From positions 17,929 to 81,928 of the forward strand of contig DALYHN010000001.1 in NCBI GenBank assembly GCA_031970875.1: a DNA stretch of 64,000 bases, given 5' to 3'. The position numbers were made by a program, and so were the translations under genes. The DNA comes from Chitinophagaceae bacterium (GTDB lineage Bacteria > Bacteroidota > Bacteroidia > Chitinophagales > Chitinophagaceae). The notes under the pieces are model-generated. The model made no database searches, had not been told where the DNA came from, and saw only the letters and a list, made by a program, of their open reading frames with translations. Shown here in pieces: positions 10,669 to 19,069 of this stretch (its first letter is position 1; each line of letters begins with the position of its first letter).

Positions 10669-11232
10669 TTGAAGAAACTGCTCGCCATATTACTCATTGC
10701 CATGCTAGCGTTCAACTGGTATGGATACGAGCTGCTGGTTAACCATTTGCAGCAGCGTTCGGACAGGCAATTAGAAGCGAGACTGGATGCTGGTGAATAT
10801 GATCAGCAGCAATTGATTGAGTTAAGTGTTGCACTTGATCTCCCGTATACAACTGATTGGGAAAACTTTGAACGTGTAGACGGTGATGTGGTGATCGATG
10901 GTATTCACTACAAATACGTAGAGCGTAAGTATGAGCAGGGACGCATGATTTACAAATGCATTCCCAACAGCGATAAAGCAAGATTACAAAATGCCAGAGA
11001 TGCGTTTTTCCAACTGGCCTATGATATGCAGCGCTCTTCTGATAGTAAGCAGCCTGTAAACAATGCGCCGGCTTTTAAGAAAGCCCTCAGCGATTATGAG
11101 CAACAGATCGAGACAGATCCGTTTAGGATGGTCACTATCAGATCTGGCTTGCTGTACGTTCATGCAGCTGAAGCCTGTGCTGCCGGGCATTTCAACCTCC
11201 CTGCGCAACCGCCGGAAATAAGCCTGATATAA
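10669..11232 (+). CDS. hypothetical protein with N-terminal membrane anchor
   Basis: 187 aa with a TTG start in the track. The N-terminus is MKKLLAILLIAMLAFNWYG. No family was recognised. It sits in a co-directional array with 20-nt and 99-nt gaps. Confidence 0.45.
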   Translation: MKKLLAILLIAMLAFNWYGYELLVNHLQQRSDRQLEARLDAGEYDQQQLIELSVALDLPYTTDWENFERVDGDVVIDGIHYKYVERKYEQGRMIYKCIPNSDKARLQNARDAFFQLAYDMQRSSDSKQPVNNAPAFKKALSDYEQQIETDPFRMVTIRSGLLYVHAAEACAAGHFNLPAQPPEISLI

Positions 11233-11331
11233 ATCATTGTACAGCATACGTACGCTTTGTACGTTGCCTTCAGTTCCATTGTGTAACCGGTGTAGCACCG
11301 GTTGTATTTCTTGAGCGTATAATATCCAGTT

Positions 11332-12657
11332 ATGAAGAAAATTGTTTGGATGATCGCTGTGATCATCGGTATCAGTGCGTGTAAGCAGAATAATGCGTAT
11401 CAGTCTTACTTGAAAGACCCGCAATTGTTTTGTAACACGGTGTACGAATTGAATAATGTGGTGATGGGAAATAATTTCCCGCCGATGATTGCTTCGCGTA
11501 ATTATGGTTATGCAGCAGTAGCGGCCTATGAAGCCATTGCTGCAGGTTACCCTGATAAATATCAAACATTGGCTGGCCAGTTGAATGGTTTGCAACAAAG
11601 TCCGCAAATAGCAGATAAGGAAAATGTATCGGTAGAACTGGCTGCTTTGCTGGCCTATATCAAGGTTGGTGAAGCGGTAACTTTCCCTGAAGGAAGTATG
11701 GGCGATTATCGCGATAGCATTCTGGCACTGGCACGCGAAAAAGGCCTGCCTTCTAAAGTGGAGAAAGCTAGTAAGGTTTTTGCAGACAGCGTAGCGGCAA
11801 TTATTATTCGCTGGAGTAAGAAAGACAATTATGCGCAAACAAGAAGTGCAGAAAAATACACAGTCATGGATGTACCGGGCCGTTGGGTACCCACCCCACC
11901 CATGTATGCTTCTGCGGTAGAACCTGCTTGGAAGACGATCAGACCAATGGTGCTGGATTCTTCTAATCAGTTTATGCCGCCACCACCCATTCCTTTTGAT
12001 ATTACCAATAAGAACAGCGCCTATTACAAGCAAGTAATGGCAGTGAAAAATGCGGTGGATAGTTTAACAGACGAACAGAAGCATATTGCTGCATTCTGGG
12101 ATGACAATCCTTTTAAAATGAATGTGGTTGGACACGTGATGTTTAGTACCAAGAAATTCTCTCCTCCAGGTCACTGGATGAGTGTTGCAGGTATTGCAGC
12201 CAAAACAGCTAAAGCCGATTTTCCGGAAACAGTGTATGCCATCGCTAAAACAGGGATCGCCCTGTTTGATGCATTCATTCAATGCTGGGATGTGAAATAC
12301 AAATACAATACAGTTCGTCCTGAAACAGTGATCAACAAATACATTGATCCAAACTGGGCGCCCTATTTGCAAACACCTGCTTTCCCTGAATATACTTGCG
12401 GACACTCAACCATTTCTTCAGCTGCTGCTGAAGCATTAACCAGTGTGTTTGGAGATAATTTTGCTTTCACTGATTCTACAGAGTTAGATTTTGGTATTCC
12501 CAATCGTTCTTTCAAATCTTTCCGCCATGCTGCGGATGAGAACAACTGGGCACGTTTCTATGGTGGTATCCATTTTCACCCATCTTGTATCGAGAGTACA
12601 GATATGGGTAGAAAAGTTGGCGGTTACCTGGTGCAGAAACTGAAGATGAAGAAATAA
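11332..12657 (+). CDS. PAP2 / vanadium-haloperoxidase-like lipoprotein (paralog 2, divergent active-site motifs)
   Basis: 441 aa with lipobox IGISAC. K-x6-RP is present (KYKYNTVRP). SGH is replaced by CGH (YTCGHS) and SR-x5-H by AR-x5-H (ARFYGGIHFHPS). It carries FWDDNPF and PPGHW. Confidence 0.75.
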   Translation: MKKIVWMIAVIIGISACKQNNAYQSYLKDPQLFCNTVYELNNVVMGNNFPPMIASRNYGYAAVAAYEAIAAGYPDKYQTLAGQLNGLQQSPQIADKENVSVELAALLAYIKVGEAVTFPEGSMGDYRDSILALAREKGLPSKVEKASKVFADSVAAIIIRWSKKDNYAQTRSAEKYTVMDVPGRWVPTPPMYASAVEPAWKTIRPMVLDSSNQFMPPPPIPFDITNKNSAYYKQVMAVKNAVDSLTDEQKHIAAFWDDNPFKMNVVGHVMFSTKKFSPPGHWMSVAGIAAKTAKADFPETVYAIAKTGIALFDAFIQCWDVKYKYNTVRPETVINKYIDPNWAPYLQTPAFPEYTCGHSTISSAAAEALTSVFGDNFAFTDSTELDFGIPNRSFKSFRHAADENNWARFYGGIHFHPSCIESTDMGRKVGGYLVQKLKMKK

Positions 12658-12681
12658 GTTCTTTCATTTTCAAACACTGCT

Positions 12682-13671
12682 ATGAATCATCAGTCTTTGT
12701 GTAAAGACGGAAGGGTATCTTATGTTTCCATCCGTCGTATTGTGCTCGTGCTTATGGTATGTTTGTCGGCAGGCGCCATTCAGGCGCAAACTGATATTGA
12801 TGCCATCATGATGAGCAAACGTAATTTTTGTACAGGTATCATGTATGGTAACAGCAGCTGGACCAATTACTGGGAAGGCACGCTGAAAAGAGACAATGAA
12901 AACCTAGGCAGGGTGTCAACCCAGTCTGTCAGCATCATGGGTAACTATGGTGTGAACAGAAGACTCAACCTGCTTTTTGGTATTCCTTATATTCAAACAA
13001 AAGCTTCTGCAGGCACCCTCAAGGGTATGCGCGGTATTCAGGATTTATCCCTTTGGGTGAAATGGATGCCCATTGAGAAAGAATGGGGTAAGCACACTTT
13101 CTCAGTGTATGCACTGGGCGGCGCATCTGCACCCTTAACCAATTATGCTGCTGACTATTTGCCGATCTCATTAGGACTACGTAGTAAGACATTGTCTTTA
13201 CGCGGTATGGTTGATTATCAGTACGGAAGTTGGTTCACCACATTCAGTGGTACTTATGTGCACAGAAGCAATATCACTATCGATAGGATGGCTTATTATA
13301 CCACCGAAATGCATTACACCAATGAAGTGTACATGCCGGATGCTTTGCAATTCAACTGGCGGGCAGGTTTCCGTGATAAGGGTTGGATTGTAGAGGCAGT
13401 GGCCGATCAATGGACTACCCTGGGTGGGTTTGACATTACCCGAAACAATATGCCTTTTCCTTCCAACAGGATGAATGCAACACGCTTAGGTATCAATCTG
13501 AAATATGAGGATGTTTTTCTGGATGGCTTATCGCTTACCGGTAATGCATTTACAACAGTAGCCGGAAGAAATATGGGACAAGCCAATGCTTTCGCAGCAG
13601 GCGTATTCTACATTATTGATTTTCCTGCTAAGAAAAAGAAAACAAAAGAAGTGTCAACTGAAAAACAATAA
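12682..13671 (+). CDS. putative outer-membrane beta-barrel protein
   Basis: 329 aa with a signal peptide ending AGAIQAQ. It shows alternating aromatic/hydrophilic strand-like periodicity (e.g. YALGGASA, FTTFSGTYVH, GINLKYEDVF, AAGVFYIIDF). A Lys-rich tail follows the terminal aromatic residue. No specific family was recognised. Confidence 0.5.
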   Translation: MNHQSLCKDGRVSYVSIRRIVLVLMVCLSAGAIQAQTDIDAIMMSKRNFCTGIMYGNSSWTNYWEGTLKRDNENLGRVSTQSVSIMGNYGVNRRLNLLFGIPYIQTKASAGTLKGMRGIQDLSLWVKWMPIEKEWGKHTFSVYALGGASAPLTNYAADYLPISLGLRSKTLSLRGMVDYQYGSWFTTFSGTYVHRSNITIDRMAYYTTEMHYTNEVYMPDALQFNWRAGFRDKGWIVEAVADQWTTLGGFDITRNNMPFPSNRMNATRLGINLKYEDVFLDGLSLTGNAFTTVAGRNMGQANAFAAGVFYIIDFPAKKKKTKEVSTEKQ

Positions 13672-13673
13672 CC

Positions 13674-15230
13674 ATGAAAAAAATTAGCATCATCATCAGT
13701 AGTTGCATGGTATTGTTGATCACAGCCTGCAACAAACAACTAGAAGATAACAGTAAGGAATTTCCTGCTTTAAATCCGGCAAGAATAGATGTAAATGCCG
13801 GCACTTGGAAACCCATATTACTCAACACAGCTAACGAGATTGCGGTGCCTGCACCTATGGCAACAGGAACGCCTGATTTTATTGCACAGCTGAGTGAAAT
13901 CAAATCCTGGCAAAAGAATGCCACAGCAGAAGATAAAGCATCACTTAAATACTGGAGCGCGGGTGCGGTATTGCGTTGGAATGAGATTATGCGAGAACTG
14001 GTGGCCAAATATAATTTGCCGCCATACCAGAATCCCGATGGTACCTATCCAATTCCAAGCGCCAATAATCCATTGGCTTATCCATTATTTCCATTTGCCA
14101 ATCCGCCATATGCAGCGCGCGCTTATGCATATGTGAGTGCGGCGCAATACGATGCATTGGTAGCTGCGTATTTCTACAAGCAACAATACAATCGTGCAGC
14201 ACCTTATCAGTTGGATAATGGCATCCAAGCCATGCTACCACAACAAACAACACCTGCATACCCTTCTGAAGATGCGGCAGTTTATGGTGTTACTGTAGAA
14301 ATGATGAAATTGCTATTTCCTGGGGAACAGGCATTTATTCAGCAAAAAGCAGAAGAACACAGAAGAGCAAGACTACTTTCTGGCGCGAATACCAGAAACG
14401 ACTTAGAAGCTGGCGAAGCTTTGGGTAAAGCAGTTGCACAAAGATTTGTGGCAAGAGCCAGAACAGATAGAGCGGGTGCTGCTGTGGGTATTGTGAATGG
14501 AGTAGAATTGTGGCGTGAATTTGAAACGGCTGCTATCAATCAGGGAGAAACTCCATGGATTAGCAGGGAATTACCTTTGCGACCTCCAATGTTACCTTAC
14601 TTTGGTCGTGTGAGGCCTTTTTTGTTTGATTCGCTCACTTTAGTAACAAAGCTCAGACCGGTGCCTCCTCCTTCTACCAAATCTGAACAGTTCAGAAAAG
14701 AAACAGAAGAAGTATTGTTCTATAGTCAGAATCCAACACGCGAGCGTATGCGCATTGTTCATTTCTGGGCGGATGGGGTAGGTACTTATACACCTCCGGG
14801 CCATTGGAATGCAATTGCTGCTGAAGAAATGGTGAAACTGAATTTGAGTGAAGTACGCTGGGCAAGAAATATGGCTTTGTTGAACATGGCTTTGATGGAT
14901 GCGGCGATTGTATGCTGGGATGCAAAGTATACTTACTATAACCCGCGTCCTTCTCAGGTCAATACCAATATCAAGACTTTAACGGGTATCCCTAATTTTC
15001 CCGCATATACTTCAGGGCATTCAACATTTAGTGGTGCAGCGGCAACCATTCTGGGCTATCTGATTCCTACCAAAGCCAACCAATTTAATGAAATGGCTAA
15101 GGAAGCATCCTTGTCTAGGTTATATGGCTCAATACATTACAGGAGTGATTGTGAAGTTGGCCTAACTTCTGGGAATCAAGTAGGTAGTTATGCCATTCTT
15201 CGTGCACAAGCTGATGGAGCAGGCAATTAG
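13674..15230 (+). CDS. PAP2 / vanadium-haloperoxidase-like lipoprotein (paralog 3, complete motif set)
   Basis: 518 aa with lipobox LLITAC. It has K-x6-RP (KYTYYNPRP), SGH (YTSGHS) and SR-x5-H-x3-D (SRLYGSIHYRSD). It carries HFWADG and PPGHW. It starts 2 nt after the preceding stop. Confidence 0.8.
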   Translation: MKKISIIISSCMVLLITACNKQLEDNSKEFPALNPARIDVNAGTWKPILLNTANEIAVPAPMATGTPDFIAQLSEIKSWQKNATAEDKASLKYWSAGAVLRWNEIMRELVAKYNLPPYQNPDGTYPIPSANNPLAYPLFPFANPPYAARAYAYVSAAQYDALVAAYFYKQQYNRAAPYQLDNGIQAMLPQQTTPAYPSEDAAVYGVTVEMMKLLFPGEQAFIQQKAEEHRRARLLSGANTRNDLEAGEALGKAVAQRFVARARTDRAGAAVGIVNGVELWREFETAAINQGETPWISRELPLRPPMLPYFGRVRPFLFDSLTLVTKLRPVPPPSTKSEQFRKETEEVLFYSQNPTRERMRIVHFWADGVGTYTPPGHWNAIAAEEMVKLNLSEVRWARNMALLNMALMDAAIVCWDAKYTYYNPRPSQVNTNIKTLTGIPNFPAYTSGHSTFSGAAATILGYLIPTKANQFNEMAKEASLSRLYGSIHYRSDCEVGLTSGNQVGSYAILRAQADGAGN

Positions 15231-15257
15231 TTTGAATATGTGTAAATTGAGAGATTT

Positions 15258-17456
15258 ATGGGAAAGTTATTGATAATCTTTTTGGTGTGTTTTAACATAA
15301 ATGGTATCGGACAAGTAAATGCTCTGTCCGATACCATCTTTGATGGGGTACAGAATCTAGATAGTGTTTTGGTAACAACAAGATGGTCTGCAGATAAGAT
15401 TAATGCAATGCCATCAGTAAGGGGCACATTTTTATATTCTGGTAAAAAAACAGAACAAATTTTTTTAACTGGCACAAATGCAGATGTTGCTAATAAATCT
15501 GCAAGACAAGTATTTGCAAAGATTCCAGGCGTTTTTGTGTATGATATGGATGGTGCAGGTAATCAGCTGAATATTTCTATGCGTGGGTTGGATCCACATC
15601 GTGGCTGGGAATTCAGTAATCGGAAAGATGGGTTTATTACCAATTCTGATTTATACGGGTATCCTGCCAGCCATTTCTCCATGCCTTTAGAAAGCATCGA
15701 GCGTATTGAGATTGTTAGGGGTACAGCATCCTTGCAATATGGTTCACAATTTGGTGGCATGATCAATTATGTTACCAAAAAGGGAGATACTACTCGCCCA
15801 TTTGCATTTGAGAATATTGCCACTACTGGTTCATATAGATTACTCAGCAATTATACGTCTGTCTCAGGTCGTACAGGGAGGTTCAGCTATTTTGCATATT
15901 ACCAGAAACGTGGAAGACTGGGGTATCGCGATAATGAGCAATCCCAAGCAGAAGCAGCATCTGTGCAGTTAAAATATGCTATTAGCAATAAGTTCACTCT
16001 ACAGCTGGAATGGTCAAGGTCTTATTACCTGTATAGGCTATCCGGTTCGTTAACGGATAGCATGTTTCTCCAGAATCCCCGGCAAGCAAGCCGGAGCAGA
16101 AACTATTACAGCCCAGATATCCATATTCCAGCATTCAGTGCTTATTGGAAACCCTCATCGGCTGCTACAGTTCAGTTGAAAGTTTCTGCTATACTAGGCA
16201 ATAGAAGTAGTGTCCTTTTCGACAGACCCGTGAATATCAGAGATAGTATTAATGTACAGACTGGGCTAATGAATAGTAGGCAGGTAGATATTGACATTTT
16301 TAGAAGCTATACAACAGAATTGAATGTTTTATATGCATATCGTATAGGTCAATTAGCAAATACATTGAGTACGGGCTTACAGTACATTAATAATGACTTA
16401 GGCAGAAGACAATTTGGGGTTGGTACTACTGCCAGTGATTACGATCTTACCATAATCCCTGGTTCCTGGGGTAGAGACATACACTTACTTACCAGCAATC
16501 TGGCATTATTTGCGGAGAATAAAATACAACTCAGCAAGACTTTTTCTTTGAATACGGGCTTTAGAATAGAGCAGGGTACAACGCGTATGCGTGGCCAGAT
16601 TGTTTACTATCAGGCAAATAAACTGCCTTTAGATATACCTAATAAGTTCCCATTATTTGGCATGCATTTTTTGTGGAAGCCTTCTCAGCGAAATACAGAA
16701 TTATATGGTGGAATATCACAGGCATTCAGACCTATGTATTTCAGGGATCTGATTCCTGGTTCTGTATTTGAGGAGGTAGACCCTGCAATCAAAAGCGCCA
16801 AAGGGTATAATGCTGAGATTGGATTCAGAGGTAGTTGGAGGTTTTTAAGATGGGATATCACTGCTTACCAGCTTCGATACAATAACCGCTTTGGTATTCT
16901 TGTAAAAACAGATGCGTCGAATAACCTGATATTGTGGCGTACTAATATCGGTGATTCAAGAACCAACGGACTAGAGCTATTACTACAAACTGAATTTGCA
17001 TTGAATAAACAAACAGGTATTACATTGTTTACTTCCACTGCAATAACAGATGCCAGATATATTTCTGGAACGGCGAGAAGCGGTAATCAGAATATTTCGC
17101 TCAAAAAAAAGTTTGTTGAAAGTGCTCCTATACTGATTTCTAGAAACGGTGTACAAGTGCAGCATAGGATGATCTATTTTCAACTTCTGTACAGTTATAC
17201 AGCATCTTCTTATGCTGACCCATTGAATACAATTGAGCCTATTAAATCCACCGGTGCAGCTGGATTGGTGCCTGCTTATTCGCTGTTAGATGCAGCATGT
17301 TCTATTCGTATAAGTAAAAGTTTAGAAATAAAGCTGAATATCAATAACCTGTTTGATAAGCAGTATTTCACCAAACGACCAACATTGTATCCAGGCCCGG
17401 GTGTATGGCCTTCAGATGGAAGAAACTTCAGCTGTGCAATAACAACCAGACTCTGA
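15258..17456 (+). CDS. TonB-dependent receptor (non-SusC type, no SusD partner)
   Basis: 732 aa with plug-like N-terminus (VTTRWSADKINAMPSVRGTF..., IERIEIVRGTASLQYGSQFGGMINYVTKKG). It has a long beta-barrel and C-terminal NINNLFDKQYFT. Confidence 0.8.
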   Translation: MGKLLIIFLVCFNINGIGQVNALSDTIFDGVQNLDSVLVTTRWSADKINAMPSVRGTFLYSGKKTEQIFLTGTNADVANKSARQVFAKIPGVFVYDMDGAGNQLNISMRGLDPHRGWEFSNRKDGFITNSDLYGYPASHFSMPLESIERIEIVRGTASLQYGSQFGGMINYVTKKGDTTRPFAFENIATTGSYRLLSNYTSVSGRTGRFSYFAYYQKRGRLGYRDNEQSQAEAASVQLKYAISNKFTLQLEWSRSYYLYRLSGSLTDSMFLQNPRQASRSRNYYSPDIHIPAFSAYWKPSSAATVQLKVSAILGNRSSVLFDRPVNIRDSINVQTGLMNSRQVDIDIFRSYTTELNVLYAYRIGQLANTLSTGLQYINNDLGRRQFGVGTTASDYDLTIIPGSWGRDIHLLTSNLALFAENKIQLSKTFSLNTGFRIEQGTTRMRGQIVYYQANKLPLDIPNKFPLFGMHFLWKPSQRNTELYGGISQAFRPMYFRDLIPGSVFEEVDPAIKSAKGYNAEIGFRGSWRFLRWDITAYQLRYNNRFGILVKTDASNNLILWRTNIGDSRTNGLELLLQTEFALNKQTGITLFTSTAITDARYISGTARSGNQNISLKKKFVESAPILISRNGVQVQHRMIYFQLLYSYTASSYADPLNTIEPIKSTGAAGLVPAYSLLDAACSIRISKSLEIKLNINNLFDKQYFTKRPTLYPGPGVWPSDGRNFSCAITTRL

Positions 17457-17497
17457 TTTTAACTAATTTAGGGCTGAGATTGTTTAACCTTACTCAT

Positions 17498-19069
17498 ATG
17501 CATAAGTTACTGCGCGCCTTTGCCATATTATTTGCTTTTGGTTTTATGACGCAACAACCGGTAAAAACTCCGGATCAGCTATACGGTGTGCTGTTCAAAG
17601 ACATTCAACTACAAAGAATATTTCCCGATGGAAAAACCTTTGTGGATTGTGTATCCAAGGGCAAACCGGAAAGTATTGTTGCTGCTTATAAGAAGCAAAA
17701 ATCTAAGCCTGGTTTTTCTCTTAAGCAGTTTGTCGCAGATAATTTTATTCTGCCAGCTGCACCCAAAACAGTACAATATGTGCAACCTGAGAAAGATGTA
17801 GCCACGCACATTAAAAATCTGTGGGGCAGCTTAAAGCGCGATGCAGATAAGCCTGTTGTAGGTAGTAGTTTATTGCCTTTGCCCGGTGCGTATATTGTAC
17901 CCGGCGGTCGTTTCAGAGAGATTTACTATTGGGATTCTTATTTCACCATGCTAGGCTTGGAAGAAAGTGGGGAGGTTGCAACTATAGAAAGTATGGTCGA
18001 CAATTTTGCTTATCTCATCAAAGCATACGGTCATGTGCCTAATGGTAACAGGTCTTATTATCTATCTAGATCTCAACCGCCCTTTTTTGCCTTGATGGTA
18101 GAACTGCTCTCAACGCATAAAGGTGACGTCGTGTATAAAAAATATCTGCCTGTATTGGAAAAGGAGTACGCCTATTGGACAGATAAGACAGCACCTACGA
18201 AACATAATGTTGTGATGCCTGATGGAACGATACTCTCTCGCTATTATGATGCAGGCGATGCGCCGCGTCAAGAAAGCTATCGTGAAGATCATGAGCTTGC
18301 TACACAGCAGGCAAAGCTAGCTGGAGCAGCTAATCAATCGCAAGTATACAAACGAGTATGTAGAGATCTGCGTAGTGGCGCAGAGAGTGGATGGGATTTT
18401 AGTACACGCTGGTTTACAGATAACCAATCAATCGCCACCATTGCTACAACAGATATTATTCCCGTTGACTTAAACGGACTCATGTATCGTTTAGAAACCA
18501 TTTTGGCAAAAGCCTATCAATTAAACGGTCAATCTGCTGCAGCAAAGAAAATGGAGCAATTGGCTGCCAAAAGAAAAGCTGCCATCATCCGTTATTGCTG
18601 GAATGAAGCAATAGGGTATTATTACGACTGGCGCATCAGTACCAAACAGCAAATGACAAATAAAACCATTGCAGGTGCATTTCCATTATTTTTTCAAATA
18701 GCAACTCAAGCACAAGCAATTCGTATTGCGAAAGTGGTAGAACAGGACTTTCTCAAAGCGGGTGGTGTAGTAACGACCTTGGTGCATAGCGGACAGCAGT
18801 GGGATGCGCCTAACGGTTGGGCGCCATTGCAGTGGATGACGATACAGGGATTACGTAATTACCAGCAAAATCAATTGGCTGAAACCATTGCCAAGCGATG
18901 GATTCAGGTAAACACTGATGTATATGCACGCACCGGAAAAATGATGGAGAAATACAATGTAGAGAATACTACATTGGAAGCCGGTGGCGGCGAGTATCCC
19001 GGTCAGGATGGTTTTGGCTGGACCAATGGCGTTTTACTCAAACTCATCAGTCTATACGGCAAAGATTAA
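17498..19069 (+). CDS. treA: periplasmic alpha,alpha-trehalase (GH37)
   Basis: The track ORF 17405 overlaps the TBDR end. ATG 17498 gives the signal peptide MHKLLRAFAILFAFGFM. Trehalase signatures are GGRFREIYYWDSYFTMLGL and QWDAPNGWAPLQWM. Confidence 0.9.
   Translation: MHKLLRAFAILFAFGFMTQQPVKTPDQLYGVLFKDIQLQRIFPDGKTFVDCVSKGKPESIVAAYKKQKSKPGFSLKQFVADNFILPAAPKTVQYVQPEKDVATHIKNLWGSLKRDADKPVVGSSLLPLPGAYIVPGGRFREIYYWDSYFTMLGLEESGEVATIESMVDNFAYLIKAYGHVPNGNRSYYLSRSQPPFFALMVELLSTHKGDVVYKKYLPVLEKEYAYWTDKTAPTKHNVVMPDGTILSRYYDAGDAPRQESYREDHELATQQAKLAGAANQSQVYKRVCRDLRSGAESGWDFSTRWFTDNQSIATIATTDIIPVDLNGLMYRLETILAKAYQLNGQSAAAKKMEQLAAKRKAAIIRYCWNEAIGYYYDWRISTKQQMTNKTIAGAFPLFFQIATQAQAIRIAKVVEQDFLKAGGVVTTLVHSGQQWDAPNGWAPLQWMTIQGLRNYQQNQLAETIAKRWIQVNTDVYARTGKMMEKYNVENTTLEAGGGEYPGQDGFGWTNGVLLKLISLYGKD

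Noticed and set aside
10984-12033. A 349-aa ORF on the minus strand
   Set aside because: It is entirely antisense to the well-supported PAP2-like gene 11332..12657 and to the 3' end of 10669..11232. It is rich in Cys, Arg, His and Ile with no recognisable motif. It looks like a typical shadow ORF.
17405-17497. N-terminal extensions of track ORFs. These are treA 17405, transporter up to 23491, gpx up to 49929, lipoprotein 40645, pepF 41311, SusC 53189, dacB 37437 and the FG-GAP gene up to 5174.
   Set aside because: The extensions overlap upstream genes, terminators or operator-rich promoter DNA. In each case an internal ATG yields a canonical signal peptide or family-typical N-terminus, so the shorter starts were used.
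19066-19069. Overlapping convergent stop codons. treA TAA and amylosucrase TAA share TTAA. Similarly, the dacB and mutL stops abut at 38796..38801.
   Set aside because: The overlap is real but is simply a consequence of tight genome packing. There is no evidence of a functional element, so it is noted only because no terminator separates these convergent genes.
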